Origin: a virus
Lineage: Duplodnaviria; Heunggongvirae; Uroviricota; Caudoviricetes
Length of the DNA stretch: 64,000 nt
Virus record (IMG/VR): IMGVR_UViG_3300032665_000013
Strand: one strand, 5' to 3'
The first letter of the stretch is position 1. Each line of letters begins with the position of its first letter. Positions 1 to 7,829 of the stretch are shown here, in pieces. The notes under the pieces are model-generated. The model was not told the DNA's origin and did not search any database. It saw only the letters and a program-made list of their open reading frames with translations. The position numbers and the translations under genes are program-made.

Positions 1-1
1 A

Positions 2-271
2 TTCACAGCGGGAAATCGTGGTGCTGCACATAGAAAATATCCTTATTCTGCTGTTGAATATGCTGCTAGAGGATTATATGACGAATTTAAGGATAGAAAA
101 CCTTTCCCATTTACTTTAAATGATGAAAATGAAGTAAAAATAAGAGAAGGTAATATCCTCGGGTGCAAAAAATCTGATATTTTAGATGAAAATGACTTGA
201 CATTATTTGATTCATTTATTAAAACATCTATTAAATTTGCACAAAATGATTATGAAAAGGAATTTGCATGA
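2..271 (+). CDS. 3' end of an ORF entering from the window edge (hypothetical)
   Basis: Open frame from position 2 to TGA 269-271. Stop overlaps the ATG of the next gene (ATGA). Confidence 0.4.
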   Translation, partial: FTAGNRGAAHRKYPYSAVEYAARGLYDEFKDRKPFPFTLNDENEVKIREGNILGCKKSDILDENDLTLFDSFIKTSIKFAQNDYEKEFA

Positions 272-594
272 AGAAATATGTTTACTTTTTTACTCGACAA
301 GATATAAGCCCAGAGCAACAATTGGTACAAACATCACATGTTGCCCTTAAATTGGGTGTAGAATATGGGTCGGTTATTAATCCTGATAATACTTATTTTA
401 CAGTGATCGGAGTTAGAAATCGAGAAGCTCTAGAAGCCGTGGCAGAAATTTTAATTAAATTTAATTTTCGGTTTGAAGTCTTTTCTGAACCAGATTTGAA
501 TGACGAAATCACATCCATTGCAACTACACCGATTGATGAAGATAATCGAGGAGCATTGCTGGCTTTCAATCTACTAAAGTTTGGTAGACATTAA
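268..594 (+). CDS. PTH2-family peptidyl-tRNA hydrolase-like protein
   Basis: 108 aa. Segment YVYFFTRQD...QLVQTSHVALKLG matches the PTH2 core (VVRTDL..GK.AAQCSHAA). Assignment from remembered motif only. Confidence 0.45.
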   Translation: MKKYVYFFTRQDISPEQQLVQTSHVALKLGVEYGSVINPDNTYFTVIGVRNREALEAVAEILIKFNFRFEVFSEPDLNDEITSIATTPIDEDNRGALLAFNLLKFGRH

Positions 595-600
595 AAACTT

Positions 601-629
601 CTTGACATGTATTATGAAGTTTGGTATAT
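601..629 (+). promoter_or_regulatory. sigma70/T4-early-like promoter TTGACA-17 nt-TATATT
   Basis: Exact -35 TTGACA, 17-nt spacer, -10 TATATT, directly after the stop of ORF 268..594. Confidence 0.5.
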
Positions 630-639
630 TACGAAAATA

Positions 640-1243
640 GAGTTTAAGGCTCCTTACCGCAACTCAAAAAAATCTTTCTGTGAAAAAAGACCAAAGCGGA
701 GCCTGTATAATTTAATGTAGAAGAGTTTTCGAGGGTTTCCTTATTTCTTCTACATTAATGTAATTATTAGGATGATTACTGCAAACCATTAGCGCCTTCG
801 GGCACCTCGAATCCATTTGGATTCTTTATGGAAGATATATTCTTTCAAGAGTATATCGTGGCCTAGCATAAACTAGGAGTAGGGCTTCTCCGAATAGAAG
901 AAGAGGTAAGATCCGAAATCAAATAGCATCCTGCATATATCAATTTAAGGCTAGGTTTAGCAATTTTACTTAACGGTAAAGTTTTTGACTTCAATTCAAA
1001 AATGATAAGGTTCAACTCCTTAAAACAAAAACTAGCCTGTTGAAAAATTAAATTTGGGATCAGTTCAACAAACAACTATGCATTTGACTTGTAAGCAAAA
1101 ACGCAAAAGTTGATCCCGTTGATTAAAGGTTAATTACCGCATTTAATCAGTTTACCAAAACCGACGCTATTATGTTCTCATAATAGCGAAATTTGTGGAA
1201 CATGAACAGTCCACACTTAACCTGTAGAAAATGGAGAATTATT
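640..1243 (+). other. about 600-nt ORF-free structured leader or ncRNA candidate
   Basis: No plus-strand ORF above 15 codons. Perfect 10-bp hairpin cgctattatg/cataatagcg, UUCG tetraloop hairpin gcc-ttcg-ggc, several 6-8 bp stems. The three ORFs called here run the other way and look spurious. Confidence 0.35.
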
Positions 1244-2647
1244 ATGTCTTTTAAGAATGCTGTTTTGAATACACCTGTAGTAGCTCGTACCAAGAATGGT
1301 ATGAGTGCATTGGAGTCCACTCTTAGCAATACTACTGACCTATTTTTTAAGATCGGTGCAAGCCGTGGTAAGGATATTTCGGTAAATTTGCTTAAGGCAT
1401 ATCATGAAGATCGTGACCTTACCCTTCGTATCATCCAATGGGCACGAGATGTTCGTGGTGGAGCAGGTGAACGCCAGCTGTTCCGTCAAGCTCTCAAGCT
1501 AATTGAAAAGAATTTCAAGAGTGATCTTCTGGATACTACTCTTCTTGTTAATGTCCCTGAAATTGGACGTTGGGACGATCTTTTGATTTTTGAAGATGTA
1601 GAAGTTAAGGCATATGCATTTTCTTTGATTGCAAAGGCGTTGGAGGCTGGAAATGGTCTATGTGCAAAGTGGATGCCTCGTAAGGGTGCGGTTGCTGTAG
1701 AACTCCGTAGCTATCTTGGATGGAGTCCTAAGTTCTATCGTAAGCGTCTTGTAGAACTTACCAAGGTTGTAGAAACTCAAATGTGTTCTAAGGAATGGGA
1801 TACCATCAACTTTAGCCACGTTCCTTCACTTGCAATGTCTCGTTACTCTAAGGCATTTGGTAAGAATGCTCCTGATGCATTTACTTCCTATAAGGAAGCC
1901 TTGAAGAAGGGTGATGATCCTAAGGTCAAGGTAAATGCGGGAGCAGTTTATCCTTACGACATTGTTAAGAACGTTCGTTATGGGGATAATTCTCTTGCTG
2001 ATGAGCAATGGAAAGCTTTGCCAAACTATGTTGGTGATGCAATGGCCCTACCATTGGTTGATGTTTCAGGGTCTATGACTTCTAAGGTTGGAGGTAGCTC
2101 TACTATCTCTTGTCTGGATGTTGCAGTATCTCTTGGTTTGTATCTTTCTGATAAGAATACAGGAGCATTCAAGGATCTATTCTTGACCTTTAGCAGCAAG
2201 CCTAAGTTTGAACATCTGAAGGGGACTCTTTCTCAGAAGCTTCGCCAAATGGAAAGTTCACATTGGGAAATGTCTACTGATCTTCATTCGGCGTTTAATG
2301 AAATTCTGCGAGTAGCGGTTTCTAATCGAGTTCCACCTGAAGACATGCCTAAGGCTCTTCTGATCCTTTCCGATATGCAGTTTAATTGCTGTATGAATTA
2401 TGATGATACTGCATTCCAGATGATTCATCGTAAGTATCATGAAGCTGGATATGAAGCTCCTAACGTCATCTTTTGGAATTTGAATTCCTCTGACAATGTG
2501 CCTGTTCGTTTCGATGAAAAGGGTACTGCACTTGTCTCTGGATTTTCTCCTTCCATTATGAAGTCGATATTGGATGGAGATATGTCTGGAATGACACCAG
2601 AAGGTATCATGAAGAAGGCAGTCCTTTCGGATCGTTATTCTTATTGA
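1244..2647 (+). CDS. vWA-domain protein with N-terminal helical TROVE/DUF2828-like domain (Ro60/Rsr-like candidate)
   Basis: MIDAS motif DVSGSMTS plus hydrophobic strand ILSDMQF of a von Willebrand A fold in the C-terminal half. N-terminal 280 aa are Ala/Leu-rich helical repeats. Start placed at ATG 1244 with GGAG 9 nt upstream (ORF track starts 1193). Confidence 0.6.
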   Translation: MSFKNAVLNTPVVARTKNGMSALESTLSNTTDLFFKIGASRGKDISVNLLKAYHEDRDLTLRIIQWARDVRGGAGERQLFRQALKLIEKNFKSDLLDTTLLVNVPEIGRWDDLLIFEDVEVKAYAFSLIAKALEAGNGLCAKWMPRKGAVAVELRSYLGWSPKFYRKRLVELTKVVETQMCSKEWDTINFSHVPSLAMSRYSKAFGKNAPDAFTSYKEALKKGDDPKVKVNAGAVYPYDIVKNVRYGDNSLADEQWKALPNYVGDAMALPLVDVSGSMTSKVGGSSTISCLDVAVSLGLYLSDKNTGAFKDLFLTFSSKPKFEHLKGTLSQKLRQMESSHWEMSTDLHSAFNEILRVAVSNRVPPEDMPKALLILSDMQFNCCMNYDDTAFQMIHRKYHEAGYEAPNVIFWNLNSSDNVPVRFDEKGTALVSGFSPSIMKSILDGDMSGMTPEGIMKKAVLSDRYSY

Positions 2648-2731
2648 ATAATTTATTGCTATGGTATACAAACCATACAGTCTGTGCCTGATATATTGAA
2701 ATGTGATATCAGGAATTGTCAGACCAATAAA

Positions 2732-2776
2732 TAAAAGGTGGAATGTCGTTGTGATGGAGGGCATTCCACCTTTTTC
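2732..2776 (+). terminator. Rho-independent terminator
   Basis: aaaaggtggaatg...cattccacc 10-bp stem followed by TTTTT. Confidence 0.7.
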
Positions 2777-2862
2777 ATAGTTATAATGTGTATAATATAC
2801 GATGAATCGATTATTAGATGTTGACAGTCTAAATTTTATACTCTATAAATAGATATGTAAAT

Positions 2863-2938
2863 GGGGATGTAGCTCAGTTGGGAGAGCAGAAGCTTTGCAA
2901 GCTTAAGGTCAGGAGTTCGAGCCTCCTCATCTCCACCA
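2863..2938 (+). tRNA. tRNA-Ala(TGC)
   Basis: Full cloverleaf read by hand: acceptor GGGGATG/CATCTCC with G3:U70 Ala identity pair, D-arm GCTC-AGTTGGGA-GAGC, anticodon loop TTTGCAA, T-arm AGGAG-TTCGAGC-CTCCT, encoded CCA. Confidence 0.9.
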
Positions 2939-3029
2939 ATTTTTAGGAATTTTATATGAGTGGCAGTTGGATTAACAATAAAAGTCACCAACCATCTGAG
3001 GGATGGGGCGGTTTAAAATAATAAATTAT

Positions 3030-3100
3030 GGGGCTACCGATGGGTCGGGTGGCAGGCTGGCAGTCTACTAACCGGGATTCGATTTCCCGTAGCTCCACCA
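3030..3100 (+). ncRNA. tRNA-like element 1 (acceptor stem + mini D-hairpin + T-arm, no canonical anticodon arm)
   Basis: GGGGCTA/TAGCTCC acceptor with G3:U70, ACCA tail, T-arm CGGGA-TTCGATT-TCCCG. CCGA-TGGG-TCGG hairpin sits directly after the acceptor. The 24-nt middle has no anticodon stem. Confidence 0.45.
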
Positions 3101-3113
3101 AAGTTTTATAGGT

Positions 3114-3169
3114 TCAGCTTGCTCGTGGGAGCTAGTGCATTAAGGTAGATTCGACTTCTACAAGCTGTT
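3114..3169 (+). ncRNA. tRNA-like element 2 (acceptor-like stem + mini D-hairpin + T-arm)
   Basis: CAGCTT/AAGCTG 6-bp stem, GCTC-GTGG-GAGC hairpin, T-arm GTAGA-TTCGACT-TCTAC. Same architecture as element 1. Confidence 0.35.
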
Positions 3170-3492
3170 CATCAATCTCCCTAGAGGGGATCTGGCTGTG
3201 GGTATCTGAAGAGATAAGGTTATGACGGCAGGATACGGGAAGCCAGTCATATAAATTAGAGGATCTTCCTCTGTGAAACATTACAACAAGCTTCAAGTCT
3301 TAATGGCTAAGAAAGCGTTTATATTTTAGGATATAAACACCTACGAAACCAAACGATTTTGCATTTCTAGTAATGGGGAATGGATGAAGAAGATCCTTTA
3401 TTGTATCTTCTATAGCATAATTTAAGATATACGTTGAGATACGTTATTAAGTCTTTATTTTATTGCCAAAGTCGTTTAGACAAGAGAATACA

Positions 3493-3939
3493 ATGTTAAA
3501 GAAAATCGCACTAGGATTAACATTTGCCCTAGCTTTCGTTACCATGGCTCCATCAGTAGCCTATGCAGCAAATAATCAAAATGAAATTAACTGCCTTGCA
3601 CAAAACATATATTTTGAGGCTGGAAACCAACCCGAACGTGGCAAGATTGCAGTTGCAACTACAGTGATGAATAGGATTAGGGATGGCCGATTTGGTAGTT
3701 CCGCCTGCTCAGTTATACATCAAAGAACAAAACGCACTTGCCAATTTTCATGGGTTTGTACACATGCAAAAGTACGAGACAGAAAATTGTATGCAAGCGT
3801 TATCCCAATAGCGGAAAGAGTATATAATGGTCAAACAAATGATCCATCTAACGGGTCATTATTTTTTAGATCAACCCGCTTGACATGCAAACATAGATAT
3901 GCTATAAGAATTGGTCAGTTAGTTTTCTATAAGGTTTAA
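3493..3939 (+). CDS. secreted SleB/CwlJ-type cell wall hydrolase
   Basis: Signal peptide MLKKIALGLTFALAFVTMAPSVAYA. Hydrolase_2 motifs NIYFEAG...ERGKIAVATTVMNR and QFSW. Start moved to the second Met (ORF track 3463). Confidence 0.65.
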   Translation: MLKKIALGLTFALAFVTMAPSVAYAANNQNEINCLAQNIYFEAGNQPERGKIAVATTVMNRIRDGRFGSSACSVIHQRTKRTCQFSWVCTHAKVRDRKLYASVIPIAERVYNGQTNDPSNGSLFFRSTRLTCKHRYAIRIGQLVFYKV

Positions 3940-3942
3940 ATA

Positions 3943-4098
3943 ATGGCAAGTAACGTGTATGATGAATTGGCGATTGATTTTGTTAAAGTCGCCCGCCTAA
4001 ATAAATTCCAAGCAAATATTATTGTAGATTTCTTAAAAAATGAGGGATTTATTGATTATGATCAGTTAAAAGAATATTACGAAGAAGAGTCTGAGTAA
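3943..4098 (+). CDS. small acidic protein (51 aa), hypothetical
   Basis: ATG 3943 to TAA 4096-4098. Stop overlaps the next ATG (TAATG). Below the ORF-track length cutoff. Confidence 0.3.
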   Translation: MASNVYDELAIDFVKVARLNKFQANIIVDFLKNEGFIDYDQLKEYYEEESE

Positions 4099-4328
4099 TG
4101 TCGTCTTTACCTGAGATTAAAGATCTATGCGTTATTTTAGATGGACTAGTTAAAACATATAAGATCCCTTATATGGATGCAGCTATTCATTATTGTGAAG
4201 AAAATGGAATCGAAATAGAAACTATAGCCAAAGCTATAAAATCTAATGAAAAGTTGAGGTCTAAAATCCAAACGGAGGCTGAAGACCTCAACTTTTTAAC
4301 TCAAAAAACAAGTAGAATCGATTTGTGA
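4098..4328 (+). CDS. hypothetical protein just upstream of gene 59 (position of T4 gene 33)
   Basis: 76 aa, translationally coupled on both sides. No recognisable motif. The gp33 idea is positional only. Confidence 0.4.
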   Translation: MSSLPEIKDLCVILDGLVKTYKIPYMDAAIHYCEENGIEIETIAKAIKSNEKLRSKIQTEAEDLNFLTQKTSRIDL

Positions 4329-4900
4329 CACCATTCGAAGCATATAAACTTTATAATGCTCTAAAACAGCATTTTAGAGATGAAAAGTATAATTTTTTCA
4401 AGTACAATGGTAAGACAAAACTAACAGATTCAACATTTGAAAAAAGAAAAGATAAATATTTCTTTAAAAAACTCTCTTTACATCCAGATCCTAAAGGTTT
4501 TTTGATTGCAAATTTCTCAAAATGCGGATATACTATCTGGATTGGAGATTTAGTGAAGAGTCCTGAATATCAGGATAATTACCGCAAATGGGCGGCTTCT
4601 TTAGGATCCTTATCCTATAATCTTTCTAATGAAATTTCATCCTTATCGGATGATTTATCGTCGTTAATAAAAACTAGCGGCGATTATCCAAAGCTATTTC
4701 AGTTGTATGTTGATGGATCCTTATCAACAGAAAGCTTAATAGCTATGGACTATGTACTTAACTTTATCTCATATTGGGATAAGTTAATTGATGATCCCAT
4801 CTTCTATCAAGATGTCATATCTCGGGTACGGAAATATAAACCTTTCGTACAAATAGATATGGTAAAAATAAAGAAAATTTTGAAAGAAAAATGGGGTTAA
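4325..4900 (+). CDS. 59: gp59 helicase loader
   Basis: AYKLYNALKQHFRDEKYNFFKYN...TFEKRKDKYFFKKLS aligns with T4 gp59 VYKLYLMIKQHMNGKYDVIKYN...AYQKRRDKYFFQKLS. Confidence 0.8.
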   Translation: MTPFEAYKLYNALKQHFRDEKYNFFKYNGKTKLTDSTFEKRKDKYFFKKLSLHPDPKGFLIANFSKCGYTIWIGDLVKSPEYQDNYRKWAASLGSLSYNLSNEISSLSDDLSSLIKTSGDYPKLFQLYVDGSLSTESLIAMDYVLNFISYWDKLIDDPIFYQDVISRVRKYKPFVQIDMVKIKKILKEKWG

Positions 4901-4984
4901 TCCTCTTTGTTATGATATTGTGAACATAAATACTACCGAGGCTTAGATCCTCATACCATCAGAGAATATAAGAGGAAATATCAC

Positions 4985-5932
4985 ATGTCATTTAGTAAAT
5001 TTAAACAATCCCAACAAGACTCTCTTCGTAAGCTTAGTGAAGATTTAGCGAAGACCGAAGGTAATAACAATAAGGCAGATGATCGTCTATGGAAGCCTAC
5101 CGCAGATAAGCAAGGTAATGGTTCGGCCATCATTCGATTTTTAGCTACACCAGCCGTAGATGGTGGCGATAGGCAACCATATGTCAAATATTACGGGCAC
5201 TCATTCAAAAACGAAGCAAATGGAAAATGGTACATTGAAAAGTGCCGTTCGACAATTGGATTACCAGATCCTGTAATGGAGGTCAATGGTAAACTTTGGG
5301 AAGATGGATCGTATAACGATAAATCCCCTGAGCGTGAACAAGCTCGTAAGCAAAAGAGACATCAACATTTCGTTGCAAATATCCTTGTGATCAAGGATAC
5401 CAATGCTCCCCAGAATGAAGGTAAGATCTTTTTATATGATTTTGGTCCCGGAATTTTCAATTTCATTAAAACAGCAATGAATCCACCTATTGATGATTTG
5501 ACAAAAGAACCTTTGCATGCGGCATTTGATCCATTCAATTTTTGGACTGGTGCAGATTTTTATATGCGTTTTAATGTTAAAAATAAGCAACGCACATATG
5601 AAAATTCTTCATGGGGCGCACCTCGTGTGTTGGCACCAGATAACGAATTGGAAAAAATCCATGCAAATGAATTTTCAATAAAAGAATTTATTGATCCAGC
5701 GACATTTAAGAGCTTTGAAGAGCTTCATAAGCGCCTCGCATTTGTTTTGGGTAGTAAGCCTGATTCGTCACCAAGAGAAGAGCCTAAGGAGCTTAAAAAG
5801 GCTCTTTCCAAGTCAATGAAAGAAGAATCAGTAGATGAGTCATTGCCTTGGGATAGTGGTTCTGACTCTAATACAACCTTTGGATCGGATGACTTCGATC
5901 CTGATGACTTCGCTAAGTTGTTAGAAGATTGA
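4985..5932 (+). CDS. 32: gp32 single-stranded DNA-binding protein
   Basis: GNGSAIIRFL, GKWYIEKCRST, ANILVIKDTNAPQNEGKIFLYDFG and the acidic C-tail match T4 gp32 throughout. Confidence 0.95.
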   Translation: MSFSKFKQSQQDSLRKLSEDLAKTEGNNNKADDRLWKPTADKQGNGSAIIRFLATPAVDGGDRQPYVKYYGHSFKNEANGKWYIEKCRSTIGLPDPVMEVNGKLWEDGSYNDKSPEREQARKQKRHQHFVANILVIKDTNAPQNEGKIFLYDFGPGIFNFIKTAMNPPIDDLTKEPLHAAFDPFNFWTGADFYMRFNVKNKQRTYENSSWGAPRVLAPDNELEKIHANEFSIKEFIDPATFKSFEELHKRLAFVLGSKPDSSPREEPKELKKALSKSMKEESVDESLPWDSGSDSNTTFGSDDFDPDDFAKLLED

Positions 5933-5940
5933 TATCCTAA

Positions 5941-5973
5941 ATAGGGTGGTGTAATAGCCACCCTATTTTTTTC
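5941..5973 (+). terminator. Rho-independent terminator after gene 32
   Basis: atagggtgg-tgtaatag-ccaccctat followed by TTTTTTT. Confidence 0.6.
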
Positions 5974-5987
5974 AAAGAGATTCCTAT

Positions 5988-7049
5988 ATGAAGTTGCTTT
6001 TTATTCTCAAAAGAAGAGAAGATTATAATTCTGAAATACATTCAAAAATTGGTCTAAGCACAGGATTATATAATTCCGCTAAATTCATGAATGATATGAT
6101 GGTGGAATCTGGATTTGATTCTGTCTTAGAGGTGGCTGTCGATAATAATTGCATAGACAGACTCGTGACTGAACATAACCCAACTCACGTAATTATAGAA
6201 GCACTTTGGGTAGTACCTTCTAAATTTGCCGAGCTTACAAAATTACATCCTAATGTGACATGGATTATTAGACTACACAGCGAAATGCCCTTCATGGCTG
6301 GCGAAGGTATTGCATTGGATTGGATGGGCGATTATGCTTCATTCAATAATGTTTTAATAGCCTGTAACGCACCAAGAATGCTAGGTGAGGTAAGGGTATT
6401 TCTAAAATCAAAATTTAGATGGTCTAATGAGAAGACAGAGGATAAGGTTATTTACCTTCCAAATTTTTACCCACAAGAATATTCAATTAAATCTTTTGAT
6501 AAAGATAAATATTGGATCGATATATCTTGTTTCGGAGCGGTCAGACCTCTTAAAAATCATGTATTACAGGCTCTTGCTGCATTAAAGTTTGCTAATTCCA
6601 TTAAAAAGCAATTGCGATTTCATGTGAATGGTGATAGAATTGAGATGAAGGGAGATCCCATTCTTAATAATCTTAAGGGGATGTTCCAACATTTTTCTAC
6701 TTCCACTGCCAAACATGAAATTATCATGCATACATGGTGTCCTAGAGAACAATTTTTAAAAGTATGTTCCGATATGGATATTGGAATGCAGTGTAATCAT
6801 TCAGAAACGTTTAATATTGTTAGTGCAGATCTTGTTTCACAAGGCGTCCCTATTGTAGGATCCAGTGAAATTCCTTGGGCATCTAGGTTATTCAATGCCG
6901 AGCCATATAATAGCGATGGTATTGCTAAGGCATTGACTCGCACATATATGTTTCCAAATGTCAATGTACGAAGAAATCAAAAGAAATTGTATAAATACAC
7001 TAACAAGACACGTAAAATCTGGGAAAACTATTTTAAAAGGGTATCATAA
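5988..7049 (+). CDS. GT-B-fold glycosyltransferase-like protein (possible DNA or sugar transferase)
   Basis: 353 aa, similar size and loose motif layout to T4 beta-glucosyltransferase (Gly-rich nucleotide-sugar loop ISCFGAVRPLKNH). Weak, from memory only. Confidence 0.35.
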   Translation: MKLLFILKRREDYNSEIHSKIGLSTGLYNSAKFMNDMMVESGFDSVLEVAVDNNCIDRLVTEHNPTHVIIEALWVVPSKFAELTKLHPNVTWIIRLHSEMPFMAGEGIALDWMGDYASFNNVLIACNAPRMLGEVRVFLKSKFRWSNEKTEDKVIYLPNFYPQEYSIKSFDKDKYWIDISCFGAVRPLKNHVLQALAALKFANSIKKQLRFHVNGDRIEMKGDPILNNLKGMFQHFSTSTAKHEIIMHTWCPREQFLKVCSDMDIGMQCNHSETFNIVSADLVSQGVPIVGSSEIPWASRLFNAEPYNSDGIAKALTRTYMFPNVNVRRNQKKLYKYTNKTRKIWENYFKRVS

Positions 7050-7051
7050 CA

Positions 7052-7264
7052 ATGTCAAGCGAATTAGATCCTCATTCCGTAGTATTATACAAATGGGATG
7101 ACCAAGGCAGACTTCAAACTACAAACAAATTTGCTAGAAATCTAGAAGAAGCTAAACGTATAGCTTCAGAATTTGAGCATGATTTGGTAAAAATTTACAA
7201 CGAATTTATGGAACTGATTTCCATCAATAGCGATGGTGGTCCTGATGGAGAGATATACGCATGA
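7052..7264 (+). CDS. hypothetical protein
   Basis: ORF tightly following 5988..7049. Confidence 0.4.
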   Translation: MSSELDPHSVVLYKWDDQGRLQTTNKFARNLEEAKRIASEFEHDLVKIYNEFMELISINSDGGPDGEIYA

Positions 7265-7464
7265 AATATATTATTTTAGGGAATGGAATTTCTATTAATA
7301 AGGAATTCGAAACTGCGTCAGAAGCCTTTACTTTTGGAAAAGGTCTAAATGTAAATTTTGCAGTTCATGAAAAAGATATGGGTGTTATAGATCTTAAGCC
7401 TGTGATTATTGCAGAGTGCGATAAAGGTTCGAGTACATCTGGGCCAGAGTATCTAGCAGGATAA
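7261..7464 (+). CDS. hypothetical protein
   Basis: ATGA overlap with the preceding ORF. Confidence 0.4.
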   Translation: MKYIILGNGISINKEFETASEAFTFGKGLNVNFAVHEKDMGVIDLKPVIIAECDKGSSTSGPEYLAG

Positions 7465-7465
7465 T

Positions 7466-7497
7466 AAAAAGGGGAGCTAATGCTCCCCTTTAGTTTA
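7466..7497. terminator. bidirectional terminator between convergent transcription units
   Basis: aaaaaGGGGAGC-taat-GCTCCCCtttagttt: GC stem with an A-run upstream and T-run downstream. Confidence 0.6.
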
Positions 7498-7532
7498 TAG
7501 ACAGTTATTATTTTGTTCTAGTCTAATTTTAT

Positions 7533-7829
7533 TTAGTTGTTGGATGATCCACTGTCGCCAGCATCATCTGGTTGGGGAGTAGGTTTCTTTTTAGGAACAA
7601 ATTTTTCGACACCACTTATACCAAGGCATCCGATTATTAGATATACTAAAGAATCGTAGATAAATTCGGTAATAGTCTTTCCATAATATAAATTGGAAGC
7701 CCAAGTAGCAACCACCATCATCAAACAGATAAATGCGACCCATCGTTTAGAGGAAGGGACGCCATCGTAATCCTGAAGAATTTTTGATACATATGAAAAT
7801 GCGAGAGTTATTTTCATTAATTGCTCCAA
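7533..7829 (-). CDS. small membrane protein with two TM helices
   Basis: Hydrophobic segments WVAFICLMMVVATWA and LVYLIIGCLGISGV. Confidence 0.45.
   Translation of the reverse strand: MEQLMKITLAFSYVSKILQDYDGVPSSKRWVAFICLMMVVATWASNLYYGKTITEFIYDSLVYLIIGCLGISGVEKFVPKKKPTPQPDDAGDSGSSNN

Noticed and set aside
3030-3100. A second canonical tRNA (Ala-like because of G3:U70)
   Set aside because: Only a 4-nt-loop hairpin follows the acceptor stem, and the 24-nt central segment has no anticodon stem-loop. It is kept as a tRNA-like ncRNA instead.
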